Assembly: GCF_018350175.1 (NCBI RefSeq)
Contig: NC_058382.1
Location: forward strand, 60,698,001-60,762,000
Source of the DNA: Felis catus
Lineage: Eukaryota
Reading direction: 5' to 3'
Length of the DNA: 64,000 bases
Shown: positions 23,406 to 35,350 of the stretch, one piece after another
How positions within the stretch are numbered: position 1 is the stretch's first letter
Layout: every line of letters begins with the position of its first letter
Notes under the pieces: generated by a model
Told to the model about the DNA's origin: nothing
Database searches by the model: none
The model's input: the letters and a program-made list of their open reading frames with translations, nothing else
Program-made: the position numbers and the translations under genes

Positions 23406-26400
23406 AACACAGGCAGGGGCAGGATGCTTTCTGGGCAGCCCACCCCAAGTCCTCCACCCGGGAGCCTCCCCAGCAGCGCCAGCCACCTTCCCTCCTCCTT
23501 CTGAATATTGTTTTCCTGACTCCCGGCCAAGGACTTGATGAACTTTGGGGGAGTTGTGATTTCTTTTTGTTTCTCTGAGAACATCCCCGTTCAGTGTCCC
23601 GCTTCCTGGAAACAGAGAACAGGGGCCGATCCAGGGGAGGAGCGGCTCTTTGTCCTAGCTGGGGACGTGACTGGCCCAGAGTCAGCGGCGGCACCGAGTC
23701 GGGTCTGGACCTGGCTGCTGGCCCCCCCGGGCTGCGTCGGAAGGGTGGGAGTCGGGGCCCACGACGCACAAACGTGCCCACAGGTGCCTGTGGCCGGGGG
23801 CCCTTCGCGTGTTTCTACCGGGAATCCAGTGGGGCCCGAAACCCACACCTGCTGGTGGAGAAGGTCACAGGATGAGGAATCGGCATTTTCCACGTGAACC
23901 CAGCTTTTAGCGGTCTGTCAGCAGTTTCCCACCCGCCCGCCCTCCCCCCACCTCAGCAGTAAAGGCGACTGCAGCTGCAGGGGCCGGCGGGAGGGACTGA
24001 GATGAGCGAGGAGCAGGTGGCCCGGACCCGAGCAGCGGACTCCCCAGACCCGCAGCAATGAGTGGGACCAGTGTCCGGTGTCCCCGCGGCTGACAGGCCC
24101 ACGGGGCAGGCAGGGGTGAGAGGCTCCAGGGAAGGGGCTGGGGGCTCTGGCCAGGCCTCCACAGCCGGCCCCACATCGGTGCCTGCTGCCCTTCCCGCTC
24201 TGCCCACGAGGGCAGGAAGGATGACGGTGCCCGGCAGCCACGGGGACAGGGTGAGGGAGAGAGGCTGGCACAGAGCAGCAGAGGCCGGTGGCTGCGTCGC
24301 AGAGGGCGCCTGACCTCGGGGAGCACGGTTCCCCCTGGGAAATGGGGTCGTTTCCAGCATCCAGTTTTTGGGGTGAGAGGGGGAGCTGTGGAAAATCAAA
24401 ACCTGCACAAAGCAGGTGAACGAGAGAAGAGGGAACAGGTCAAACGTGGACAGACCCCTTGTCTGGCGAGAACAAGAGGCCCCCACGGGGCCATCTGCAC
24501 GGCGGGCGGGCTCTGACCACCCCGCGGCCCGAGCCCATGCCCAGCACGCGCCATGGGGGGCCTTGAAGACTGGGTGAGACGGGTCATCACATTCGTCGGC
24601 TGGGATCTGAGGCCGGGGATCGACGCTGCACCAAAAGTTGTCAAGAAAAGCACTAAGACTGGAGGGTTTCTAACACTTTAGGGGACGGAGCCCAGAGAGT
24701 GATACCGGCCGAGGGTGCGCCCTTGGTGGGTCCCTGGGGGGTCCCTGCGGCAGGGAGGCCGGGTGGCTGCGAGGACTCGGGGCGGCTCTGTGCAGGGGCG
24801 TGATTCCTTTGAGGGGAGCACCGGCCAGGTGCCAAGGCACAGAGGAGAGGAGGTATTTCTTCACGGCCAAGAGTCCGGCCCACGTCTAAGTGCCCCGCTT
24901 CCCTCTGGTCACTGGGGGAGATTCTAAGATCTTTGCCCCTAGCAACACCCTGAAGGAATCCAGGGACAGAAAACCCAGGCGGTCCGGACAGGGCAGGCTC
25001 AGCAGTCCGCCTTCCAAGCCAGGCCAAGGTGGGTTTCGCTGCGTGAGCAGGGGGAGGTCCTGGCCCCAGTCAAAGGCGCGGTTCCCCAGCCCTCCTCGGT
25101 GCTCCGCGGCCTCCTCCAGGCCTGCTGACTCACGCGCCTGCGCCCGTGGGCCCCCTGGCTCTCCCAGGAGCGTGGGGGAGGGGTGCCTGGCCCGTGTGCA
25201 GACTTGGCTGGCCCTGGACGGGGCCCTTTCCCTGCCTACACTTCTGGGCTGGGGACGGCAGGGCCCGCCTGAGGGGGGAGCAGGTGCGGGGCAAGGCCAC
25301 GCCTCCCTCGCTTGCAGGAAGCTCCCCGGTGCAGGGTTAACTGACGAAGGCCCCGCTCTGTCCGTCCTGAGTGTTTTCCAGGCTCCTGCAGGTGCCTGCT
25401 GGCCCTTCCGCGTGACTGGGTTTCCTTAATGTCACTGGTTTGGCATTGACCTATGGCCCCCAGCTGTGGTCCTGCTGGTGGAAGTCACCCGCCAGCTTGC
25501 TCAGGTGCATGGAAGGGAGGAAACTTCCGCGTGCCTCCAGCAAGTAGACGGTGGGCAGCAGGGCCCCAGCGTTTGAGAGCAGAGCATGACCAAAGAAGAA
25601 CGGGCACAATGGTGTCCTCTCCCACCCCGGGGCTCTGGCGGGACCAGAGAAAGGAGACGGGAGGTCCTGAGGACTCAGACCCACGGGTCAAAGGCCAGCT
25701 ACACTCCCCTTCTGCATTGCGCACAGGTCAGGGTCAGGGGTCAGAGCTCCGGGTGGAGGGTGGGCATGGGAGGGGCACCATCGAGGTTGGGGGCCCATGT
25801 GATTCTGTCGTCTGCGGCCACACCGAGCCGGCTGCCAGCGGCCACAGTTGGTGGTCAGCGCCGTAAAACGGCATCCGAAAAAGGCGCCGACCTTGCACCC
25901 ACTCTGGAGGGCTCTGTGGCCCTCCACGTGCAGGCGACGTGTCGATCTTGGGGGTGCAGAGTCACCTGAGCCAGAGCCCTGGGGACCCCAGGCTCGTGGT
26001 CACAGGCAGTTACATCCCAGGGGAGCCGGTGCAGTGGGAGCAAGTTTGCTAACCGCCTGGGCGGTCAGGAAGGGCTGGCAGGCGAGGGGCTGCTCAGGTG
26101 TCCCACAAGACCGAGGGGAGGTTTGCCAGGGTGGGGGAGATGGCCTTCCCAGGAGAGATGTGACAGAGAGCAAGGCATCTGGGGGACCCGAGCAGGCCTG
26201 TGTGCTTCACACAGGTGGACAGGCAGTGGGGCACTGGGACAGGGTGCCAAAAACCCTGTGGGTGACCCAAGCCCCTGAGGGGAGGCTCCCCGAGCCTGCC
26301 TCTTGGGTCTGAAGGCTCAGGACCTCCCGTCCTATCGGGTCCTATCGGGTCCCCTCACCCCAGGCCAGAGCTGCTCAAGGCCCCACGTGGTCATCTGGCA

Positions 26401-26883
26401 GCCCCACTGGGCTGCACTCAGCCCTTCCTCCCTGCCCACTTCTTTCCCTGCTCAGCAGAGACCACAGCCTCCTCCAGGCCTCTGGCCCCACATCTGTCCT
26501 CCACGGCCGTTAACACAGATGTGCTCACCGCTTCCCTTCCTTCGAGCCTCAGGAGGAAGTTCAACCCGCTCTGGGGTATTACAAGCCCTTGGTGGTCTGT
26601 TGACCATTCCTGTCCGGCCGCACGGTGCTCCTGTCCACCCTCCGATCAAGGCCCAAAGCCCCGGGTCTGGGCCTTCCGTGCTTGGGTCCATCCTGCTCTG
26701 TGGCTGTTACTTGTGACCATTCAGTTCTTGCTCCTTGAGGGCGGCCCTCCAGGCAGGCACAGGCGCCACTGACCCTGGCGGCCAAGTGCGGCCACGTGCC
26801 CACAGCCACACGCACACAGGTCGGGGGACAAGCCAGCATCTGACCTGAGCCTGAGTCCACCCCTTCAATCCAAAGTCATAGGC

Positions 26884-26998
26884 TTTTTTTTTTTAAGATT
26901 TTATTTTTAAGTAATGTCTGCACCCAATGTGGGGCTCGAACTTACTACCTCGAGATCAAGAGTTGCACGCTTCACCGAATGAGCCAGCTGGGCGCCCC
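26884..26998 (-). mobile_element. Short old carnivore SINE
   Basis: About 115 bp with a T-tail; TSD agtcataggct on both sides. Confidence 0.85.
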
Positions 26999-27085
26999 CA
27001 GAGTCATAGGCTCTGCCCAGGTAATGGCCTCAGCCTCTGGCTGCTTCCCACCTCTCAGGCTTCGGCCTCGGCTAGGACAGTCTTT

Positions 27086-27410
27086 GTTTTTTATGTTTTA
27101 AAAATAATTTTTACTTATTTATTTAAAAAAAAATTTTTTTTTCAACGTTTATTTATTTTTGGGACAGAGAGAGACAGAGCATGAACGGGGGAGGAGCAGA
27201 GAGAGAGGGAGACACAGAATCAGAAACAGGCTCCAGGCTCTGAGCCATCAGCCCAGAGCCCGACGCGGGGCTCGAACTCACGGACCGCAAGATCGTGACC
27301 TGGCTAAAGTCAGACGCTTAACCGACTGCGCCACCCAGGCGCCCCTTTACTTATCTATTTTGAGAGAGGGAGAGAGAGCAGAGCAGGGGAGGAGCAGAGA
27401 GAGAGAGAGG

Positions 27411-27446
<36 letters not shown>

Positions 27447-27562
27447 GAATCCCAAGCAGGCTCCGTGCTGTCAGTGCAGAGCCGGACTCAGGGCTTGAAC
27501 CCATGACCTGAGCTGAAATCAAGAGTCAGACACTTAACCAACTGAGCCACCGAAGGCTCCCC
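27086..27562 (-). mobile_element. Nested SINEs: young SINEC_Fc (27124-27345) inside the tail of an older SINEC with a (GA)n tract
   Basis: Inner TSD tttacttat(t/c)tattt; outer TSD ggacagtcttt (27075-27085, 27565-27575). Confidence 0.9.
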
Positions 27563-28399
27563 TGGGACAGTCTTTCAAAATACAAAACTTGGTCTTGCTT
27601 CTCCTGAGCACAGACTTCCGTAGCCCTAAGAGAATCCCAAAGTGCTCTCTGTGGCCAGAACCACCTTGCAGGCGCCCTCTCACGGCCAGGCTGCTGGAAC
27701 CGGCCCAGCCCTGGCTCCCTGAGAGCTGCTGTGCAAGTTCAGGTCCCAGAGGAAGCGACACCCCCGCCCAGGGGGCTTCTGCCAGCTGAGGCTGGTGCAG
27801 GGGAAGGTGGTTGACAACACCTGTCTGTAGACCTGGTGAAGTGTGGGATGTTCACTTTAGAAACAGAGCGTGCCAGCTATGTCACCAGCAAAAGATGGAC
27901 ACATCAAGGAATAAAGTAGAACTGCAGTCCAGGACAAACATGCTGCGGCCAAACCATAGGCAGGTGTGGGGACAAAGGAAAGGCAGGCGGTTTCAAAGAG
28001 AAAAGGGTAAGCTGGAAGGGCTGTGACGAGCTAAATGTGTGGCGGTAAGCTGGGGGTGGACGTGCGGCTTCTCCCTGGCGCGGCTGTCCGGAGGGGTGGG
28101 GAAAGGTCCTTCCTCAGGCTGGGGCAGCAGAGGAGCGTCCACGTGCTGGGCGAGCCCCTCTCTTCCTGTTGGGTCTGCAGGTGGCAGGCCGTGAGAAGAG
28201 CGCCCCCTGCCCACCTCCCCACTCCCCTTGTGAGGTTTCCCAGTGGACACTGGCCGTGGCCCCCCCCCCCCCCCCCCCCCCGGCCCCTGTGAGGTCACCT
28301 AGTCGGGGCCGGGCTGTGCGCTCCCCGCAGGACACACGGAACTCACCTGGGTCGGGAGTGGCTTGTGGCAGGGCCCCCCAAAATCGTTAGGTGACACAG

Positions 28400-29250
28400 G
28401 CCCCTCCAGGGCAGTCTCTGCACCGGAGCAGGGAGGCGCGGCGAGCTCGGCCAGGTGGGCACCTGCTGGGGGCGGGCCTGGCCTTCCCCGCGGAGCGAGC
28501 CCCCCATCCCCCCAGGGTTCAGGCGCGGCCTGTGACGGTCCCGCAGGGTCCTCGTGCGGTTCCAGGCATTCTCCCCGGGGCTCTTCTATTCACGAGGGTC
28601 GCCTTCCCACGGAGGGCAGGGCAGCAGAGCTCAGGGCAGGAGGAGCGGGACCTACCGAACCCTCGGGCTGAGGTGACCCACGCGACCCCGGCGGCCTCCA
28701 GGGGCCCGCGCCGCAGCGGGGCCATCCCACCCCCCCCGCACCCCGGTGCCGGTGGAGTGGGAAATCGCTATGCGCGCCCCGGTCCCGGCCCCGCCCCCAC
28801 CAATGGCCCCGCCCCGCCACTCCCTCCCGGCCACGCCCCATCCGTGAGCCACGTCCCGAAGTCTCGTCGCCGCTGTCAAATTGCCCTCCCGGCCCCACCC
28901 AGCTCTGGAGCCCCGCCCCTAACCTGGTCCCCGGAAACGCGCCACCGGCCGACTCGTCTCCGGCCCCGCCCCTTCATCCAGCCCCGCCCCTTCTGGCGCG
29001 AGGCCCCGCCCCGTACCTCCGCCTCCCGCCCTCGCCTGATTGACAGCGCAGGGCTGCACCTGCGGGCCAGTCTCGCAGTTGCGCGTTCTCGCGCCGCCTG
29101 GGGCTGGGGTCCGGGGTCTTCCGCCGCGTCCCGCTCCGCGCTTTCCCGCCCTGCAGGGCTACGCACCAGCTCTGCCCTGCCCTGCGGCCTCCTGCCCGCG
29201 CCGCTCGCCGCTGCTGCCCTGAGGATTGGGACAGGGCCGCTGGGACCTGA
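28400..29250. promoter_or_regulatory. Orphan CpG island with promoter architecture between PIEZO1 and CDT1
   Basis: Six co-oriented CCCCGCCCC boxes (28788-29012), CCAAT at 28800, a KLF-like CCACGCCCC, an ETS-like CCGGAAA, and E2F TTTCCCGC at 29142. No recognisable CDS. Confidence 0.7.
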
Positions 29251-29404
29251 GCTTCCCCCCTGCACTCGCTGTTGGTTAATTTCAGACGCTCCAGTCGCTA
29301 ATTGGAAAACTGGAGTCTATTTAGAACTTGGGCACGTGAACCCATTTCCAACTCTGAATTTCATGAAATCTACATAAAGATCAAGTATTTCCACGAAAAT
29401 TGAG

Positions 29405-29700
29405 CGCGTTCCAAGTTGAGATGTGCTGTAAGCTGTAAAACACGGACTGCACTTAGTATGCTTAGTACTAGGACTTAGTGCTGACTGCGATGTTGATGGT
29501 GGCGAACACTGAGAACCAGCCCCTTGAAAAAGTTTACATTGGTTACCTGTCAAAATGATAACATTTGAGATATAACGGATAACACAAAACAATATATATT
29601 TACAAAAATTTTAAATTACTGTCACCCGATTTTTTATTTTCTTCATGTAGCTACTAGAAAATGTAAAATTACACCTGTGGCTCCTGCTACATTCCTTTAT
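29405..29700 (-). mobile_element. MER33-like hAT-Charlie DNA transposon fossil
   Basis: AT-rich block with ttgagatgtgctgtaag, cttagtatg, aaatgataacattt and tagctactagaaaatgtaaaattacacctgtggctc matching the reverse MER33 consensus as recalled. Confidence 0.7.
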
Positions 29701-29897
29701 TAGAGAGAGGAGAGAGAGCGAGCACATGCGCCAGCAAGGGGCAGCGGAGGGAGAGAGGAACGGCGGGGAGAGAATCCAAGCAGGCTCCCTGCCCAGTGCA
29801 GAGCCCAGTATGAGGCTCGATCCCGCAACCCTGGGGCCACGACCCCAGCCAAAATCAAGAGTAGGAAGCTCAACCCACGGGGCCACCCAGGCGCCCC
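29696..29897 (-). mobile_element. Older SINEC
   Basis: gaatccaagcaggctcc...aaaatcaagagt...ccacccaggcgcccc. Confidence 0.88.
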
Positions 29898-30054
29898 TCC
29901 CGCTACCTTTCCGTCTTGCCGTGCTGCTCTGGACGCTCACATGTGGACCGGGACACAGTGTGCCCTATCCCCACCCTGACATCCTCTGAAAGCAGGTGTG
30001 CTGTTGCTGGTGTCTGTCACTATCATACGGGGGCTTGAAGCTACGTGTGCTTTC

Positions 30055-30215
30055 CCAGGGCTCTGCCGAGAGCACGTTCTGTATAAGGTCCCCCACATAA
30101 GGATGAGGCATGCGAGGCTCAGGGAGGAGGGGAGACCGAGACCTCCCAGGTCACTCGACCAGTGGGCAGCAGTCCCCTTTGCCCGATCACGTCACGGATT
30201 CCAAGGCTGGCTGTC
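30055..30215 (-). mobile_element. MIR fragment
   Basis: ggatgagg..gaggctcaggga..ccaggtcac..ggattccaagg. Confidence 0.55.
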
Positions 30216-30449
30216 TGGTGGACAGTGAGCCAAGTGCAGGCTGATCCTGGCTGAGACCCAAATGCCTTCAAGGAAGGTGAAGTTGCCTCCAGACTTGGTC
30301 AAGGACGATGCATTATAAGCCAAGACCATGAAAACCTTGCGGGGTTTTCTGCAGGGTCCAGGGGATCACCGAAAGCCTGAATGCCACCATTACTCTCCAG
30401 CCCCGTCTGGCCTCGTGGGGAAGAGTGGCAGTTGAGAGGTGGAGGAGGA

Positions 30450-30600
30450 CGTGGGCAGCTGGCCCCTTGGTGCCCCAGCTTTATGCCCTGCAAGTCTGTT
30501 TCTTCACCCAAAGATGGGGTGTGGCTCGTAGGTTCGCCGTGAAGGTGAGACAGATAGGTTATTCCAGGGATGGGGAACAAGGCCTGCACGCCGCACACAA
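30450..30600 (+). mobile_element. MIR fragment
   Basis: ctgtttcttcacccaaagatgggg...gtgaagg resembles MIR ctcagtttcctcatctgtaaaatgggg. Confidence 0.5.
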
Positions 30601-30899
30601 CAGAGTCCAGCTCTCCCTGTTTGGTGACACTGCTTTGAAAACTGTCAGGCACCACACACCCCTGGTGGTGGCTATAATGTGCAAATGGCTCCGGGGCAGA
30701 GCAGCGGAGGTGACACCATTCATGCCATGCGTGTGATGTGGTGACAGACCAGGGGGTGGGACGGGCTCTAGGGAAGTTAAAGGTGGTCAGCCGTGGCTGT
30801 AACTCAAACTCAGAACTTAGCGCAACTCTGATCATTTTTTGGAGTGTGGTTAAAATGATGACGGTGGTGGCCCTCTGGACTCTATTCTCAATTCTGTTC

Positions 30900-31480
30900 T
30901 CCTATCAGATATTCCTGTGGTCACTCCTTGCCATTCAGATGTCATCTCCAAGAGGCCTCCCTAAACCCTCAGATCTAAAGAGGCTCCCCACTCAATCTCA
31001 TGACTGGGTTTTAAATTCTTTATCTGAAATTACTATTATTTATTTGAGAGAGAAAGAGAGAGCACAAGCAGAAGAGGGACAGAGAGATAGAGATAGAGAC
31101 AGAGAGAGAACGCGCGCGGGAGAATCCCAAGCAGGCTCCACGGTCAGTGGGGAGCCCGATGTGGGGCTCGAACTCACGAACCGAACAGTGAGATCATGAC
31201 CTGCCTGAGCTGAAACCAAGAGTTGGACACTCAACCGACTGAGCCACCCAGGCGGCTCTGAAATTATTTTAACAAGACTAATTTCTCTACTGGTCTCTGT
31301 CCACTAGAATGTGAGCGCCTTGAGAGCAGGGGCCTCATCAGTCTTGGTCTCAGCCTGGCACATAGTGGACCCTCACGGCCCAGCCTATAATGGGCTTTCA
31401 GCAGCCAGGCTCCCAGACGGCACTCAGTAAAAACTGGCTCATCACATGAATGAAGGCATAGTGCCAATGTCCCAGTTTCT
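30900..31480 (+). mobile_element. L2 3' end (split by a SINEC)
   Basis: attcagatgtcatctcc..gaggcctccc; ccactagaatgtgagcgccttgagagcagg; cctggcacatagt; tgaatgaa. Confidence 0.75.
31033..31257 (-). mobile_element. Older SINEC interrupting an L2
   Basis: SINEC body with flanking ctgaaatta duplication. Confidence 0.9.
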
Positions 31481-31652
31481 CCAGGGTAAACATCCACAAA
31501 CAAGGGTTCTAGTCCCTTGTTATCTAGTCTGTCTCTTGGCATTCTAGCCAGGCTATAACCTCTTAGCATTCCATACCTATAGACCAACGTGACATTTCAG
31601 GTGGAGCCTGGACAGAACTCAGCAGAGAAGGGCTTTCACTACCCTTATTCTA

Positions 31653-31856
31653 TTTTTCTTTTATTTTTTAAATAATATTTATTTTGAGACACAGAATGCC
31701 AGCAGGGGAGGGGTAGAGAGAGGAGGAGAAAGAGAATCCCAAGCAGGCCCCGCACCATCAGCAGAGCCCGACGCGGGGCTCGATCTCACAAACCATGAGA
31801 TCACGACCTGAGCTGAAATCAAGAGTCAGACACTTGACTGAGCCACCCACGTGCCC
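31653..31856 (-). mobile_element. Older SINEC
   Basis: TSD cccttattcta. Confidence 0.9.
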
Positions 31857-31929
31857 TTCGCTTCCCTTATTCTAGACTCTATGCTTTTATTAACGTAGCC
31901 TCATATGGATCAACTTTTTGACCAGGCTT

Positions 31930-32400
31930 TAGTCAAGCCTCCTTGGGTTGGAAGAAACAGAAATCCACGCAGAGGCACTTTAAGCAAAAGAGGCAAATGT
32001 TCGGGAAGGGCTACAGGCTGCTTCATAAAAACCTGGGCCATCGCGAAGGGCAGTGGGTCTCCCAAGAGAGCACATTGGAAACCATTACAAACCATCTGAT
32101 TTAGCTGTGTGTGGCTGCCTGTCCCTGGGCCACACGGTCCCTTGCTCACTCTGTCACCACACGCATGGTGGCGGTGGCCGTCCTACTCCATCTCACTTCC
32201 CACAACCAGAGGGGACAGAAGGGTGAGCTCTCCCCGCAGAGTCTTGGGTCCCAGGAGAGGATCTGATTGGTTCAGCTGTGCACCTCTCGTCCCATCAGCT
32301 GTGACCGAAAGGTAGGGGTCATACCTGGCAGAGGTGGCCGTGGACTCCATTATTGTAGGTGGGTGGGCAATTTCTTAAGAAGGAGCTGCCCCGAGCCTTA
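31930..32400 (-). mobile_element. Old MLT1 (J/K-like) LTR fragment
   Basis: tagtcaagcc..gggttggaagaaacagaaatccac..ttaagcaaaagagg resembles an MLT1J/K end. Extent is uncertain. Confidence 0.5.
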
Positions 32401-33439
32401 AGTCACCCCAAAAGGCCTAGTCTCCAGTAATGACATTAAAAGTAACAGAGGCACAGCCAGACGCAGCGCCATGGCATGGACACTGGCCACAGCACTGGAG
32501 GTGGTCCCCAGGCCCCTGCTGTATGGCATGTGTCCCTCCGGCTGCTGGCTGGCCTTTGGAGACCATGTGTCCCTTTGCTGCTGGCAGTGCATGCAGACAG
32601 CACTGTTCAGTCCCCAGACTCCCCCCTCACACGGGCAGACACATTTTAGATTCACGTTCCTGATCCCACAAGAGCCTGTGAAGGGTCCTTTAGGACGCAG
32701 CTATCCCCAGAGCCATTCAGGCCTCCCACGGCCTGCTTCTGCCTCTGCTTGTGCCCCAGGGAGCCGGCCAGAGCACAGCAGGGCCACGCATGTCCCTCCT
32801 AGGAGTCCCCGAGGAGAATGTGCCTGGGAGTGCGTGGCCGAGTCACGCAGCCATGTGGTGGCCAGGCAGGCAGGGAGTGCTCTCTTATGGGGGGGGGGGT
32901 GGCTCCCGGATTTGTCGCGACCCTAGGGCCTGCCTCCCATCCCCTCACACGGCTCTCTTGGGAAGCACGAGCCTAGCCAGCACGCTGTGGTTCCAGGCCG
33001 GTGGGTAGGCAGGTGCAAGGCAAATGAAATGCTGGCAGAAATTCCTAAGCATTTTGGAGGCTCTGGGAAGGCTCCTGCTTCTCAGCTTATCTACGGAGGG
33101 CAGGGACTGGGCCAAACCGCTGGCTGGGAGCCAGATATCGGAGTCACTGCGGTTAGATTCAGCTGCCTGTACCTCTCCAAGACCAGGATTGTTTATCTTC
33201 TAAACGTGAAACAGAGCATAGAGAACCACAGTGTATCTGGGAGAGAAGACAGCTCCCTCCCTCCTGATGAGCAGCTATGAGCAGAAACATTTACAAAGTC
33301 CCCTTATCACCATTGGTCTGAAGAAGAGGCTGTGCCTAGAATTCGTGATGCCATTACGGTCCCAGAATCCTACGCTCTCCCTCTATAACGCATAGCAAGC
33401 TTACATTTGGAGTGTTCCCTTCCGACTGAGGTCAATTCT

Positions 33440-33642
33440 TTTTCTTTTTTTTTTTTTATTTATTTTCAGAGAGACTGCGTGAGCGGGGAGGGGCAGAGAG
33501 AAAGAGACACAGCATCCCAAGCAGGCTCCACACTGTCAGCACAGGGCCTGACATGGGGCTCAAAGTCACAAAACCCTGAGATCGTGACCTGAGCCGATAC
33601 CAAGAGTTGGATGCTTGACTGACTGAGCCACCCAGGCGCCCC
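33440..33642 (-). mobile_element. Older SINEC
   Basis: TSD actgaggtca(a/g)ttct at 33425-33439 and 33646-33660. Confidence 0.92.
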
Positions 33643-33708
33643 TCAACTGAGGTCAGTTCTTGCCTCTAACCCCCAACCACTGTTTTGATTACAAAATCTA
33701 TTTCACCA

Positions 33709-33948
33709 GGGCGCCTGGGTGGCTCAGTGGGTTAAGCATCCAACTTCGGTTCAGGTCATGATCTGGTGGTTCGTGGGTTCCAGCCCCACATCCGGCTCTG
33801 TGCTGACAGCTCAGAACCTGGAGCCTGCTTCGGATTCTGTGTCTCCCTCTCTCTCTGCCCCTCCCCTGCTCACGCTCTGTCTGTCTGTCTCTCTCAAAAA
33901 TAGATAAACATTAAAAAAAAATTTTTTTTTAATAATAATAAAAAAAAA
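33709..33948 (+). mobile_element. SINEC_Fc
   Basis: gggcgcctgggtggctcagtgggttaag head; compound A/T tail. Confidence 0.94.
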
Positions 33949-33963
33949 GAAACCTATTTTACA

Positions 33964-34180
33964 GGACCACCGGGGTGGCTCAGTTAGTTGAGCGTCTAAT
34001 TCATGGTTTCGGCTCATATCATGATCTCGCGGTTTCGGTTTTGTGGATTCAAGCCTAGCATCCACTTGGGATTCTCTCTCCCCCTGCCTCTCCCCTGCTC
34101 GGTGCTCTCTCTCTCTCAAAATAAACAGTCTTAAAAACAAAACAAAAAAAACCAAAAAACAAAACAAAACAAAACAAAAC
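33964..34180 (+). mobile_element. Degenerate older SINEC with (AAAAC)n tail
   Basis: gggtggctcagttagttgagcgtc head, ttgggattctctctc body. Confidence 0.82.
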
Positions 34181-34399
34181 GACACGACACATATTTTAGG
34201 TGGTGGCCTAGAGCACAAATAGCAAAACGGAAATGGAACAGCACTTAGCCTTAAAAATGCTGGTTGCAACCCTGTCCGCGGATCCCTGGGTGGCCGATAA
34301 CTTGCTACAGGCCGTTCACAAAGTATGAACCCGGGACATACAGGAAACGGTCGTTTCTGTTTTCCCAACGCTCGGCTCCTTACGGAAAGCCTGGAGAAG

Positions 34400-35350
34400 A
34401 CGGAGGAACAAAGCCCCCAAGCCGGCGCTCGGCCTTCGGAGGACAGACACCCCGCCGGCTGCGCCCTCGCGCCTCCCGGGCAGCGGGGTCTCCAGGACTC
34501 CAGACGACCTCGGCCGTAGGCTCTGGGGACTGACACCCTTTTCTTGCCACAGATCCCGTTCTGAAAGCCACTCTTCCTTTTAAAAACATGGCAGCGGGAC
34601 CGACATACGATTCGCACCCAGAGCCGACGCAGGGGTCTTCGTGCGGGGGTCTGGCTGCCCCGAGGCGCCTCGCCGCGGAGGGCCAGTGTCGTCCAACGCG
34701 CACCGCTTGCAATTCAAGCAGGAAGTACGTAGCATGCCTCTCTGCTCCGGGACCGCACTGGCTCGACGACCGCCGCCAGCCGGGGAGGGTAGTCAAATCC
34801 CCAAGCCCTGCGGAGGCGGCCGGCTCTAAGGCGCATGCGCGCTGCGGCCCGGCAAAAGAGCACCAGTGCGCATGCGCCCCGGCGAGTCCATTTCCCAGCC
34901 TCCCCCGCATCCCGCCCTGGCGCCGAAAGTTCCGCCCGCGGAGGGGCGGGGCCACGCGCGGCGGGAAAATCGGCGCGGAGCGCGGCCCCTCTTCCGGCCC
35001 CGGACTGTACTCTGCTCGGTCTAGGTCCCGCCGGGTCCGCGGCCCCCGGCCCTGGGTCCCGCCATGGCACAGCCCCGTCTCACCGACTTCTTCGCGCGCC
35101 GCCGCCCCGGGCCCCGCGCCGCGCCGCCGCGGGCCAAGCCGGCCTGGCGCACCCCGAGCCCCGCCAAGCCGGCACCCCCCACCCCTGCCCGGACCCCGGG
35201 AGGCAGCCGCAAGCGCGCCCGTCCGCCCGCCGAGCCCACGCGCGACCACCCCGCGCCGCCCGCGCGCAGGCGGCTGCGGCTACCGGCCGACACGGTGAGG
35301 CCGCGGCGGGGAGAGGGGGGAAACTGAGGCCGGGGCGGGGGGCGGGGTGA
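34400..35350. promoter_or_regulatory. CDT1: CDT1 promoter CpG island: E2F site GCGGGAAA (34961-34968), GC box (34943-34952), two NRF1-type GCGCATGCGC (34831-34840, 34868-34877), YY1-like AAACATGGCAGC (34584-34595)
   Basis: Motifs read directly from the sequence. CDT1 is an established E2F target. Confidence 0.8.
35064..35294 (+). CDS. CDT1: CDT1 exon 1
   Basis: gccATGG; [14 protein letters not shown]...[10 protein letters not shown]; donor ACG|GTGAGG. Confidence 0.95.

Noticed and set aside
28391-29377. 328-aa plus-strand ORF over the orphan island
   Set aside because: Non-ATG start, low-complexity composition, and it runs into a MER33 fossil; no domain signature.
34380-35350. 236-289 aa ORFs around the CDT1 promoter
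   Set aside because: CpG-island artefacts; only 35064-35294 is coding.
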